Positions 30,282-40,571 are shown, counted from the first letter of the stretch. The stretch: 64,000 nt of DNA from an uncultured Poribacteria bacterium (GCA_958296135.2 CATQHZ020000001.1:2400001-2464000), one strand, 5' to 3'. Notes: generated from the letters alone by a model not told the origin. A program made the numbers and translations.

Positions 30282-31334
30282 ATGACACAACAAAACATCA
30301 TTCAACCGGCAGTTGACTGGGCAGCCATCCCCGGTCAGAAATATGACATTACCTCAAAAAGTGTGTTTCGCGCTTTTCCGCAAGATGTCGCGCGATATTT
30401 CATGAATGAGCCAACGCTTAAGTTTGTTGAATTCATTGAGAGTCAGCTCCCCCTCGTGGAAACACGAGAGATGGACATCTTAATGAAAGTCGAAATCCAC
30501 GGCAGACTCACCTTGGTGCACTTTGAAATTCAGGCAGGCGATAGCACGCATCGCCGCATGGTGCGCCGAACCGTCGGATATATCGGCAGAGGCTACGAAG
30601 CACACGGACTGCCCATCCGCTCGCATGTTATTTACTTGCGACCAGGGGCTGGGCGCAATGACCCGGGGGTATATACCCAACCGGACCCGGGGTATCAAAT
30701 CCACATTGAGTATCAGGTGATTCGTCTGTATGAGCTCGATGGGCAATCGGTATTAGATGCGGCGAACGTTGGCTTAATCCCGTTTGCGCCGCTGATGCAG
30801 CCGCCGGCAGGCTCGGAAGGCATCGCTTGGGTACAGCAGTGCATCGAAGCCACGCGGGAGTTACCGCTCGCGCCGCTGAGCCGGCCGGATTACTTGACAT
30901 CGCTTGGAATCCTGAGCGGACTCGCGCACGATGCTAACACTGTTGGTGCTCTCATTCCAAAGGAGGTTAGAATGGAATCAGGTTTTTATCGACTGATGCA
31001 AGAAGAAGCAAGGCAATCAGTCGAGGAAGAAACCCGGGCAAGAGTCGAGGAAGAAACCCGGGCAAAACTTGTCGCAGAAATGGAAGAAACCCGGGCAAAA
31101 CTTGTCGCAGAAGCCACCGCAAAGGTGCGCCAGCAAGTTGCCCACGAAGCCGCTGTCAAGAGCATCCTTACTGCCCTAGACGCGCGGTTCCAGTCAATCC
31201 TAGTGCAAGGCTTAAAACCAGCGATTGAGCAGATCGAGGATTTGCAAAACCTCGATCTGTTGCATCGCGCCGCGATAGTGGCACCCAGCCTTGAAGCGTT
31301 CACCGAAACGTTGGTGCAAAACGGCAACCCCTAA
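30282..31334 (+). CDS. Rpn family recombination-promoting nuclease / PD-(D/E)XK protein
   Basis: YDITSKSVF, EMDILMKV, VHFEIQ, VIYL and IPFAPLM, plus a C-terminal EEETRA repeat tail. Confidence 0.8.
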   Translation: MTQQNIIQPAVDWAAIPGQKYDITSKSVFRAFPQDVARYFMNEPTLKFVEFIESQLPLVETREMDILMKVEIHGRLTLVHFEIQAGDSTHRRMVRRTVGYIGRGYEAHGLPIRSHVIYLRPGAGRNDPGVYTQPDPGYQIHIEYQVIRLYELDGQSVLDAANVGLIPFAPLMQPPAGSEGIAWVQQCIEATRELPLAPLSRPDYLTSLGILSGLAHDANTVGALIPKEVRMESGFYRLMQEEARQSVEEETRARVEEETRAKLVAEMEETRAKLVAEATAKVRQQVAHEAAVKSILTALDARFQSILVQGLKPAIEQIEDLQNLDLLHRAAIVAPSLEAFTETLVQNGNP

Positions 31335-31612
31335 ACCAGACAGAAGCGCGGGCAACTGCCCGCGCCTGCCTCCTAAAAATTCATTTCCTCCTGCTCATCC
31401 TCACACGCCCGGGTCTCAATCGCCCCCCCAAGAAGTCTTGCCCTATAGTGCGGGGCCCGTTGTTGATTTTCATCGGTGACATCAAAAACCGAAAACTGAA
31501 TGCCGCGGATCTTGCCCTCACACGCTCCTTACATTATATCCCCAAAGTGTGCAATAATGTCAAACAAAAAAAATGATTTGCATTTCAAGACAAATTCTGT
31601 TATATTTTAACT

Positions 31613-32368
31613 ATGCTCATATTTTATTTGGCGATTGCGGTTTTGACGGTTCCCCTCGGCACCGGAATTGCCTTCATCTCGCGAACGCAGCAAAGACATT
31701 TTGGGACTATCTTCGGGTTCATGGCAGGCGCAGTACTCGGCATCGTCTTGATGCTCATGATGCACCTTTACACCGAACAAGGCACTGCCACCATATTCGT
31801 GATGTGGGGCGGATTTCTGCTCATCTCAGTGGTGGAACATCTCTCCCGGCGACGGGAAAATGCACCCCGCAACCATACAAAAAACTTGAGCCTCGACTTA
31901 ACACTCCTCGGGCTGTCCATTCATTCACTCGCAGATGGACTCAATTTGGTCATCGCTGCAAAAGAGGCGGAACTCGGCGGCATGCTAGGTTTGGCGGTAT
32001 TACTCCACCGATTGCCTATCGCCACCGTGATGGCGGCCGCACTCTACCAACAGGCTAGTGAAAAACCGGCAGGAAACACTTTCATGCGGATATTAGGGCG
32101 ACTGACTCCGCTGACAGCGGGACCGCTGGTAGGCGCAATCCTCGGAGAACAACTGCTCCACGGAATATTCAAAGAATTCACCGAATATCTGACCGCGTTC
32201 GCCGCCGGCACCTTGCTGCACGTCGTGATGGACGCATTCCGAACGCGCAAGACTGCCGATGCCACGCGCGCAAACCGCGCCGCGAAAGTCGTGTTTATCA
32301 TCGGATTTATCCTCACTTTTTGCGCTATCTACTTCTTTCAGGGGTTCGACCTTGAGCATCATCACTGA
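31613..32368 (+). CDS. ZIP-like divalent metal transporter
   Basis: GLSIHSLADG, AVLLHRLP and AFAAGTLLHV in a multi-TM protein. Confidence 0.8.
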   Translation: MLIFYLAIAVLTVPLGTGIAFISRTQQRHFGTIFGFMAGAVLGIVLMLMMHLYTEQGTATIFVMWGGFLLISVVEHLSRRRENAPRNHTKNLSLDLTLLGLSIHSLADGLNLVIAAKEAELGGMLGLAVLLHRLPIATVMAAALYQQASEKPAGNTFMRILGRLTPLTAGPLVGAILGEQLLHGIFKEFTEYLTAFAAGTLLHVVMDAFRTRKTADATRANRAAKVVFIIGFILTFCAIYFFQGFDLEHHH

Positions 32369-34847
32369 CATCAAGAATACCGGTGCTGTCCTCTTTTGCC
32401 TATTGATACTCATCACACCCGTCCAAGGGGCTGACGTGCCACTCGTCGTAGCAGGGCAACCGCGTGCAACCTTGCAAATCGGATCCGATGCATCAGAACA
32501 AGAACAGTTCGCCGCAGCCGAAATCCAAACCTTTATTGCACAATTCACCGAGGCTGAACTAGACATCCTCACGAATCGAGAACAGACAACAACACTGGCG
32601 GTAATTGTGCTAGGCACACCTGAGTCAAATCCCACGGTCGCCGGGTTACAAGCAAACGCGGGCTTGACGTTAGCCGAAACCCTCGGTGACGAGGGATACC
32701 GGCTGAAGACGATTGAATTCGGAACAGAAATCCTTTTCGTTATCACGGCGCACACGCCGCGCGGCGTGCTTTACGGCGCATACGGCTTCATTGAAGCGTG
32801 CATCACTGCACTTACAGGGTTATCCCCTGTGCATTCGGAGGTGTCTGTCCCTCGTTCGCCCGCGTTACTCGTGCCGTTTTTGGATGAGACATCGCAACCT
32901 TTCTATCCCGTGCGTGCTGTGCTAGAGATAGCCGAACCCAATTGGCTCGCGCGGCACCGGGTCAATATGAGCGGCGGCGAAGGTGTCTGGACCGGCACCG
33001 GAATCGAAGACGGATTTGGCACAGCGTTCAAATATGTGGACACCCCCGCGTTTGAAGCGTTGCAAGATGAACCGCGCGCGCAAAGGTTAGAACGCATCGA
33101 AACGCTACAAAATCGGTTCAAGGCACTCAAACAGCGCGGCATTGATGCATATCTGTTTATGTATGTCACCGGGGAACCGACAGAAGCACTCATTCGACAA
33201 AGACCGGAGGTGCTAGGCCCCGCCGTGCTTTACGGCTCAGCACGGAACGAGGTCTCATATCGGCCCTTCTGCTGGACAAAACCAGAATTCCATGTCCTCG
33301 CGAGGCAGTTAATTCAAGAGATTGTGAGAACCTATCCCGCGCTAGCAGGCTTCCACCTCCGTTCATGGGGACATGAAACACGCGCCTGCCATTGCCCCGA
33401 TTGCGGAGATCGGACAGAGCAGGGACAGGCGAAGTTGTGGCAGGTTTACTTTACAATCATTAACGCCGCACGGGAGGTGAGACCGGATTTCAAATTCTAC
33501 ATTTCGGGATACGATAGCAGCTGGCTGAAGGATGCCGCCGGAGTTTATGCGCAGCAACTGCCGAAAGGCACGATTTTCTCCCGAAAGTGGGGCGCGGACG
33601 GCGAACCGGTCGCCGATGCCGGCGTGCCGATTCCCCTGATGAACGCCCTCGGCGAAATGGGACACCGCTTCATCGTCCTCTCCCATGATGTCGAAGAGGT
33701 GATGCCGTTTTGGATGCTGGAGAGTGATCTGTTTGTGCAAGGCGTGCGGCAACTTGCCAACAACCCGAATGCCATCGGTTTAAGCGGGTTCACCGTGCAA
33801 GGCGCAACGCAGGGGTTAGGATACCTCGACAGACTCGTCAGCGCACGACTGAATTGGGATATTGAACTTGATCACTTTCAACTCCTCCGCAACGAACTGG
33901 TGGCGAGATACGGGACCGAAGCGGCCCCCCTTATTCTGAACGCGCTGCGCGTCAATGGCTGGAACATGGCGAGTTACTTTTCAGACTACGCAGGTTCACT
34001 CACCGTGGGAGGCACTTATGGCAGCGGTTCCGCAGCATTTGCAACGCGATTTTGGGCCCTCATCGGACCGCGGGTTGTAGAGGATACCCTCGCAATGCCG
34101 GACTTGGAGACAGCGAAAACTTCGGTGAACCGATTCACGTCACTCTTGGCACCGCAACAGCAGGCGGCAAACGAGATGCGCGCCGCAAGTGAGGTGGCAA
34201 ACTCGTTCAACCAGGAAGCCGCGGAAGATTTGCAAGACGCGGTTCACTTGATGGAATTGTGGGTGCAATTTTTTGAAAGCCGCGCGAAACTGGTCGAAGC
34301 AATAGCCCTCGGCTACGAGCCCGGCACCGACAGTGCTATCCGTGCTAAACTGACAAGCGCGCTTGAATTCTCAAAATCAATACAGCCGCACATCAGAGGA
34401 ATTAAGGAGTTTATACCGCTGTTCGGATATTCGCATCGGACCATTGAGGCAGAATTGCTGAGCACCTTAAACAGCGAAGCCGCGTGGCTGACCAGTTTTG
34501 ATTACCAGGTCTTGCGGAAGCACGAGGATAGTTTCTCACCGGAGGAAACGCCGCTCCGCCTATCGGCAGTGCATAACTATCCGAACCCCATGAAGCGGAA
34601 GACTACTTTCACTTATCAGTTGTCGGTGGACGCAGCCCAGGTTTCCATCGCCATCTACACCACATCGGGACGCAGAGTCGCTGTTTTGACCGGACTTCCT
34701 GTCAACGAAGGTTACAATGAGTTTTTGTGGGACGCACGAGATGCGGACGGCATGCCGCTTGCCAACGGTGTCTATTTCTACCGAATCCGCGCCCGCACCG
34801 AGGAAGAGCGAGTGGAGGCACTTCGCAGACTAGCGGTGTTAAGATAA
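32352..34847 (+). CDS. Secreted glycoside-hydrolase-like protein with a C-terminal FlgD/T9SS-like Ig domain; start uncertain
   Basis: GH20/GH67-type N-domain (LGDEGYRL...RGVLYGAYGF) and C-terminal NYPNP...WDARDADG..LANGVYFYRI. Confidence 0.7.
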   Translation: MSIITDIKNTGAVLFCLLILITPVQGADVPLVVAGQPRATLQIGSDASEQEQFAAAEIQTFIAQFTEAELDILTNREQTTTLAVIVLGTPESNPTVAGLQANAGLTLAETLGDEGYRLKTIEFGTEILFVITAHTPRGVLYGAYGFIEACITALTGLSPVHSEVSVPRSPALLVPFLDETSQPFYPVRAVLEIAEPNWLARHRVNMSGGEGVWTGTGIEDGFGTAFKYVDTPAFEALQDEPRAQRLERIETLQNRFKALKQRGIDAYLFMYVTGEPTEALIRQRPEVLGPAVLYGSARNEVSYRPFCWTKPEFHVLARQLIQEIVRTYPALAGFHLRSWGHETRACHCPDCGDRTEQGQAKLWQVYFTIINAAREVRPDFKFYISGYDSSWLKDAAGVYAQQLPKGTIFSRKWGADGEPVADAGVPIPLMNALGEMGHRFIVLSHDVEEVMPFWMLESDLFVQGVRQLANNPNAIGLSGFTVQGATQGLGYLDRLVSARLNWDIELDHFQLLRNELVARYGTEAAPLILNALRVNGWNMASYFSDYAGSLTVGGTYGSGSAAFATRFWALIGPRVVEDTLAMPDLETAKTSVNRFTSLLAPQQQAANEMRAASEVANSFNQEAAEDLQDAVHLMELWVQFFESRAKLVEAIALGYEPGTDSAIRAKLTSALEFSKSIQPHIRGIKEFIPLFGYSHRTIEAELLSTLNSEAAWLTSFDYQVLRKHEDSFSPEETPLRLSAVHNYPNPMKRKTTFTYQLSVDAAQVSIAIYTTSGRRVAVLTGLPVNEGYNEFLWDARDADGMPLANGVYFYRIRARTEEERVEALRRLAVLR

Positions 34848-34989
34848 CTGTTATTCAGATGCCTTCCGGCAGTTCGTAGATCAAGCAAACAGGTAGGAAT
34901 CGGGCGAGCCCTACCTACGAAGACAGGGAAACTGTAAGGGCGGATTGCTATATCCACCCGTAGAACCAAAAACAGAAGAACTCATAACA

Positions 34990-35214
34990 ATGGAACACCA
35001 AATCACGCTTGATATTCCACACGCTATTTACCAACGCGCTGAGCACCTTGCCAAGACGCAAGGGATACCGATTGAAAATGTCCTTGTCAATGTGTTGAAT
35101 GCACACTTGCCTATTGAAGATGAGGACAGACTTGCCTGTGTCACCGCAAGCGTTGAATCAACAACATGGTGGGATACCGAAGGCGATAAGGAGTGGGATG
35201 AATGGACCCCTTAA
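34990..35214 (+). CDS. Small putative antitoxin (ribbon-helix-helix-like N-terminus)
   Basis: MEHQITLDIPHAIYQRAEHLAK...acidic WD tail. Overlaps the toxin start. Confidence 0.6.
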   Translation: MEHQITLDIPHAIYQRAEHLAKTQGIPIENVLVNVLNAHLPIEDEDRLACVTASVESTTWWDTEGDKEWDEWTP

Positions 35215-35475
35215 AACCGGCGGATGTGGTTATCGTCTGAAGATGCGATCCTCGGTGCAGTGACAACTAACCTGAGTCTTGCAACCACTCCCACGGATTA
35301 TTTGCTTGTCAATTGGAGAGCAGCCGGACTCCGACGGCCAAGCGCGTTTAGGGCTTTCCTTGTGACACTCCCACAACGGGAAATACGGGCAGTTATCGGA
35401 CACTTATCGGATGCAGGCCGCGAAGCAGTGGAAGAATGCGTCCGAAAAGCGATTGCCGTAACGCCTAGAAACTAG
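35202..35475 (+). pseudogene. PemK/MazF-like toxin with an internal deletion and frameshift
   Basis: ATG 35202 reads MDPLKPADVVIV*. Another frame gives DAILGAVTTN...WRAAGLRRPSAFR...IGHLS. The KxRP segment is missing. Confidence 0.65.
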
Positions 35476-35494
35476 CACTTAAAGGAGGCTAACA

Positions 35495-36598
35495 ATGCAC
35501 CGCGCATATCTATTCCTCATGCTATCACTCTTCCTCATCGGTTGTCAATCGCAAACGTTACAGGAACACCTCTTAGAACCGCCCCCGCCGCTTATCAATT
35601 TCGCCTTGAGCCGCAACGGCGCAACCGCGGTCGCCTCACAATCCGTATCCAATCATCGGCCGGAGGAGGTAATCGATGGCGACACCAATTCCGAGACATG
35701 GGACGAAGGCAGCGGCTGGGGATGCAGCTTGGCACATCTCCGCACCTCAGATCTGAACAAGCGTCCTTATGTGTTAGTGGAACTCGCTAAACCCGTTGAC
35801 ATCCGCCGCATCGTCGTCTGGACGATTGATGCGGAGCAATACCCGGCGACGCAGTTCGGGTTGAAAGACTACCGCATCGAGTATTGGCATGGCACCGGGT
35901 GGGGGTTAATTCCGTCCGGCGATACGAAAGATAAGCAGTATACGGCACGGAATAACACCAAAGGCACGCGCGTTCATGAAATTCAGCAACGTCTCATCGC
36001 ACAGAAGGTGCGGCTTGTCCCGGTTTCTTCAAACGATACCGTCCGCAATTATCAGCACATGGCGGGCAAACGTCCCGTTTACGAGGTGGAAGGCACTGCG
36101 CGGGTAATGGAACTAGAGATTTGGGGGTATGCCGCGCCGATAGTGCATACCCTCAGACAAATCGCGCAAGGCACGCCGCCAGAGGCCATCGGACAATCTG
36201 TGCCGATGGAAGAAGCGCGCGCGGGACAACAAACCGGCGAACCGACGATTGAGGATGCGATCCGCAGCGTGCTAAACCGATACGAATTCGGATATGATTC
36301 CGCAGACCTTGCGCAGGTGATGTCCTGTTTCTCGAATACGTATCTGTCCAATGGACGCACGTATCAGGATGTTCAAGCCAAGGCATCGCACTTTTTTGAG
36401 GCGCATCACCAGATCGACATGACGCTGTCAAACCTCGACATCCACCCCAATATCGCCGATGACACGGCAATCGTGACCGGCATTTACACATTGCAGCGCA
36501 CCCCGAAAGCGAACGGACAGGTTGAACAGACATCGGGGAAATTGACGTTAGTCTTGGCAAATGAGGATGAGACGTGGCGGATTATTCGCGCGGAGTAG
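35495..36598 (+). CDS. Lipoprotein with a discoidin/F5-8-like domain and a C-terminal NTF2/SnoaL-like domain
   Basis: Lipobox LIGC, NFALSRNGA...VIDGD, ELEIWG and terminal WRIIRAE. Confidence 0.75.
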   Translation: MHRAYLFLMLSLFLIGCQSQTLQEHLLEPPPPLINFALSRNGATAVASQSVSNHRPEEVIDGDTNSETWDEGSGWGCSLAHLRTSDLNKRPYVLVELAKPVDIRRIVVWTIDAEQYPATQFGLKDYRIEYWHGTGWGLIPSGDTKDKQYTARNNTKGTRVHEIQQRLIAQKVRLVPVSSNDTVRNYQHMAGKRPVYEVEGTARVMELEIWGYAAPIVHTLRQIAQGTPPEAIGQSVPMEEARAGQQTGEPTIEDAIRSVLNRYEFGYDSADLAQVMSCFSNTYLSNGRTYQDVQAKASHFFEAHHQIDMTLSNLDIHPNIADDTAIVTGIYTLQRTPKANGQVEQTSGKLTLVLANEDETWRIIRAE

Positions 36599-36634
36599 AG
36601 ACAAGGTTTGAGAGTGTGAAAGGCTGTCGTTTGC

Positions 36635-37180
36635 ACCGTAGCGCGGGGGCCCGGCGAGCACGAATCGCCGAGGGTTACCCCCGCGAGCTTTCAACGACAC
36701 GGAAAACGCCCCTTTTACCGTAGCGCGAGGGCCGTCACGCCGAAACGCTATCATCTCTGCCGCCTCGCTGCAGAGATGTCCACTGTCCCTCGCGATCCCC
36801 CGACCGAAACCAAAACCGTCCGGGCCCTGGGCTTCGGCTGTTTTTTGATGCGACCGGTGCATGGCGAGGCACAAGACCGCGCCCTACGGTTTGAGCGGCA
36901 TTTTTAGTCCCCGTAGCGCGGGGGCCCGGCGATCACTAATCGCCGAGGGTTCCCCTCGCGATCCCCCGACCGACACGAAAACCGTCCGCAGCCCCGAGGC
37001 CGCGAACGTTTTTTGATGCGATCGGTGCATGGCGAGGCACAGGACCGCGCCCTACGGGCTGTGGGGCCGATTTGCTTCCGCTCATCGACACGAAAACCGT
37101 CCGGGCCCTGGGCTTCGGCTGTTTTTTGATGCGATCGAGCACGGCGAGGCACAGGACCGCGCCCTACGGGCCGCGGGGCG
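36635..37180. repeat. REP mosaic between convergent genes
   Basis: Repeated GTAGCGCG.../GGCGAGGCACAGGACCGCGCCCTAC units. Confidence 0.85.
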
Positions 37181-37185
37181 TTTTC

Positions 37186-39723
37186 CTATTTCCGAATTAC
37201 CATCTTCCGCGTCCCCGAGAAATCACCCGCGGACAGCGTGTAGAAATAGACACCGCTCGCCACGGGCTCTCCCTGCGCATTCCGGCCACCCCAATACGCG
37301 GCGCGGGCCTGAGCCTGATACACACCTGCAGGCATCTGTCCTAACGCCAGCGTGCAGACTAACTTTCCATCTGCCGCGTAGATGGAGAGCGTCACTTCCG
37401 CAGCCTTCGCCAACTGATACGGTATCCACGTTTCTGGGTTAAACGGATTCGGATAGTTGGCAAGCAACGCGGTTTGTTTCGGGACAGGGATGTCCCTCCT
37501 ATTGAGCGTGGCCAACAGCCGCTCCAGCACGGCGATGCCGCGTTGATACGCAGGGTTTGCGCGGTCCAGCCGTTGCGCCTGCCCGAGCCACTGTTGCACA
37601 TCCGCCGCCCGTAGGAGAGACCTCCCGGTCTCGATGCTCCCGGTCCCGATATGCCCCCGTGCGAACGCCGGCGCGCCGGCAGCCTCCCCAAACGCCGCTG
37701 CCACCAACACCAGATCCTGAATGTTGACAACGCCATCGCCGTTGACATCGGCCGGATTGTCTTCACTTGTCTGTCCGAACTGCGCGGCGACGCGCGTTAA
37801 ATCCAGAATGTCCACCACGCCATCGCCATTGAGATCTTCGGCGATGTGTTCCGGTGTGGGTGCAGACGGTGCGATGTCCCAGAGGAGCACGGTACCATCC
37901 CTACCCCCACTGGCAAGGGTGGTGCCATCCGGGCTAAACGCAATGCTAAAGACATAGCCGGTATGCCCGGCGAGGGTGTGCCGTGTCTCGCCGGTAGCAA
38001 CATCCCACAGACGGAGTGTGCCGTCCTCACTCCCACTGACAAGAGTGTGTCCATCCGGGCTGAACGCAACGCTAAAGACATAGCCGGTATGCCCAGCGAG
38101 GGTGCTTTGAAGTTCGCTGGTGGCGACATCCCACAGACGGAGTGTGCCGTCCTCACTCCCACTGACGAGGGTGGTGCCATCCGGGCTGAAAGCAAAACTC
38201 CTGGCAGCATTGAGGTCGGTGAGAGTGTTTTTGAGCGTGCCGGTGGCAACATCCCACAGACGGATGGTTTTGTCACCCAAACCCCCACCACTGGCGAGGG
38301 TGGTGCCATCCGGGTTGAACGCAACGCTATTGACACCGCTGGTATGCCCGGTGAGGGTGTGGCGTGTCTCGCCGGTGACGACATCCCACAGACGGATGGT
38401 TTTGTCATAACTCCCACTGGCGAGAGTGTGTCCCTCGGGGCTGAACGCAACGCTAGAGACACGCTCGGTATGCCCAGTGAGGGTGTGGCGTGTCTCGCCG
38501 GTGACGACATCCCACAAGCGGATTTCTGCCCAACTCCCACTGGCGAGGGTGGTGCCATCCGGGTTGAACGCAACGCTATAGACAGCACTGGTATGCCCGG
38601 TGAGGGTGTGGCGTGTCTCGCCGGTGGCGACATCCCACAAGCGGATGGTTTTGTCCCAACTCCCACTGGCGAGGGTGGTGCCATCCGGGCTGAAAGCAAC
38701 GCTCTCGACATCGACGGTATGCCCGGAGAAGGTGTGGTGTGTCTCGCCGGTGGCAACATCCCACAGACGGATGGTCCCGTCCCCCCAACTCTCACTGGCG
38801 AGGGTGCGGCCATCCGGGCTGAACGCAACGCTAAAGACCCAGTCGGTATGGCCGGTGAGGGTGTGGCGTGTGTCGCCGGTGGCGACATCCCACAAGCGGA
38901 TGGTTTTGTCCCCACTTCCACTGGCGAGGGTGCGGCCATCCGGGCTGAAAGCAACGCTAAAGACATCGCGGGTATGGCCGGTGAGGGTGTGGCGTGTGTC
39001 GCCGGTGGCGACATCCCACAGCCTGATGATGCCATCCCCACTTCCACTAGCGAGGGTGCGGCCATCCGGGCTGAAAGCAACGCTCCAGACCCAGCGGGTA
39101 TGGCCGGTGAGGGTGTGGCGTGTGTCGCCGGTGGCGACATCCCACAGCCTGATGATGCCATCTCCACTTCCACTGGCGAGGGTGGTGCCATCCGGGCTGA
39201 AAGCAACGCTAGAGACACCGCGGATATGTCCAGTGAGGATGTTTAGTGTGTCGCCGGTGGCGACATCCCACAGACGGAGGGTGTCATCCCGACTCCCACT
39301 GGCGAGGGTGCGGCCATCCGGGCTGAACGCAACGCTAAAGACATCGACGGTATGCCCAGTGAGGGTGTTTTTGAGCGTGCCGGTGTTGACATCCCACAGC
39401 CTGATGATGCCGCCCCAACTCCCACTGGCGAGGGTGGTGCCATCCGGGTTGAACGCAACGCTCCTGACAGAGCCGGTATGCCCAGTGAGCAGTGCCATTT
39501 CTTGGTAAGTTGCAGTATCGTAGAGCCAAATCCCGATGGAACTTGCAACCGCAAGCAGGGTGCCATCGGGAGAATACGCAATCTCATTAATGTAGCCTTT
39601 GCCGAGGCGCATTGTGGCACCTTCGGGTAATTCCCACCGCTGGTAATCTTGGGCGGTGGCGGGTGTCAACGCCATCGTGGCAGTTAATAATAGGGTTAAG
39701 GTTAAAAGCGTTAGTGTTTTCAT
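37186..39723 (-). CDS. Secreted WD40 protein with near-identical repeats, a dockerin-like domain and a FlgD-like C-terminal domain
   Basis: Signal peptide, about 13 units of GHT..V.SVAFSPDG.TLASGS.D.TIRLWD, DLNGDGVVDILD and NYPNPFNPETWIPYQLA. Confidence 0.92.
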   Translation of the reverse strand: MKTLTLLTLTLLLTATMALTPATAQDYQRWELPEGATMRLGKGYINEIAYSPDGTLLAVASSIGIWLYDTATYQEMALLTGHTGSVRSVAFNPDGTTLASGSWGGIIRLWDVNTGTLKNTLTGHTVDVFSVAFSPDGRTLASGSRDDTLRLWDVATGDTLNILTGHIRGVSSVAFSPDGTTLASGSGDGIIRLWDVATGDTRHTLTGHTRWVWSVAFSPDGRTLASGSGDGIIRLWDVATGDTRHTLTGHTRDVFSVAFSPDGRTLASGSGDKTIRLWDVATGDTRHTLTGHTDWVFSVAFSPDGRTLASESWGDGTIRLWDVATGETHHTFSGHTVDVESVAFSPDGTTLASGSWDKTIRLWDVATGETRHTLTGHTSAVYSVAFNPDGTTLASGSWAEIRLWDVVTGETRHTLTGHTERVSSVAFSPEGHTLASGSYDKTIRLWDVVTGETRHTLTGHTSGVNSVAFNPDGTTLASGGGLGDKTIRLWDVATGTLKNTLTDLNAARSFAFSPDGTTLVSGSEDGTLRLWDVATSELQSTLAGHTGYVFSVAFSPDGHTLVSGSEDGTLRLWDVATGETRHTLAGHTGYVFSIAFSPDGTTLASGGRDGTVLLWDIAPSAPTPEHIAEDLNGDGVVDILDLTRVAAQFGQTSEDNPADVNGDGVVNIQDLVLVAAAFGEAAGAPAFARGHIGTGSIETGRSLLRAADVQQWLGQAQRLDRANPAYQRGIAVLERLLATLNRRDIPVPKQTALLANYPNPFNPETWIPYQLAKAAEVTLSIYAADGKLVCTLALGQMPAGVYQAQARAAYWGGRNAQGEPVASGVYFYTLSAGDFSGTRKMVIRK

Positions 39724-39740
39724 CGGAATTCTCCTGTTGC

Positions 39741-39835
39741 GTATCGGGATAGGGATGTTCCTCGTACTGAAGAGTATCGGGACAGGGATGTCCCTCCTAC
39801 TGAAGAGTATCGGGACAGGGATGTCCCTCCTACTG
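39741..39835. repeat. Three tandem 33-bp REP-like units (GTAGGAGGGACATCCCTGTCCCGATAC on the minus strand)
   Basis: Direct tandem repeats with no unique spacers. Confidence 0.85.
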
Positions 39836-39952
39836 AGTTGTGGGCGGGCTTGTGTGTCTGTCCGTGTGTTCGTCTCATATTAGAAATATTGTAGCAAATG
39901 CCGCGTTCTCTGTCAACGTATTTTCCAGAAAAATCGAAAACCGCCACTTCCA

Positions 39953-40475
39953 CCGTAGCGCGAGGGCCCGGCGAGCGCGAATCGCCGAGCGTTCCCCTCG
40001 CGATCTCCCAACCTGAACGGAAAACCCCCGCAACCCCGAGGCCGCGAACGCTTTCTGATGCGATCGATGCCCGGCGAGGGACAGGACCGCGCCCTACGGG
40101 CCGCGGAACCGATTTGCCTCTCACTACCGTAGCGCGAGGGAAAACCCGGCGAGCGCGAATCGCCGAGCGTTCCCCTCGCGATCTCCCAACGAAACGAAAA
40201 ACAGCCGCAACCCAGAAGCCGCGAACGCTTTCTGATGCGATCGATGCCCGGCGAGGGACAGGACCGCGCCCTACGGGCCGCGGGGCCGATTTGCCACTTA
40301 TTACCGTAGCGCGGGGGCCGTTACGGTCACGTCTACAGCAAACGTGCGTGTGTCGCCTCGCGAAAGCACGCTACCTTACTTTAACTTTGTCATCTCTGAA
40401 GCCTCGCTGCAGAGATGTCCACTGTCCCCCGCGATCGACCCAACTCGGCGAGGCACAAGACCGCGCCCTACGGTA
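39953..40475. repeat. REP mosaic with a ~175-bp period
   Basis: GTAGCGCGAGGG...TCCCCTCGCGA paired with GGCGAGGGACAGGACCGCGCCCTAC, repeated. Confidence 0.85.
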
Positions 40476-40571
40476 AGGGAAAGCAATATCGGAAAAAATC
40501 AAACGGTTTGACAACATTTCCACAATCGGCTATAATTCTGCATACCATAACGCCTGAAAGGAAAGTGAGCG

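Noticed and set aside
35202-35240. TGA after DVVIV as a second selenocysteine codon
   Set aside because: The downstream homology is in another frame, Cys is not expected at this position, and a deletion explains it better.
37797-39630. Long alternative-frame ORFs of 300-470 aa over the WD40 gene
   Set aside because: Shadow frames kept open by near-identical GC-rich repeats.
39741-39835. Possible CRISPR array (33-bp repeats)
   Set aside because: Units are directly tandem with no unique spacers, carry the GTAG REP head, and no cas genes are present.
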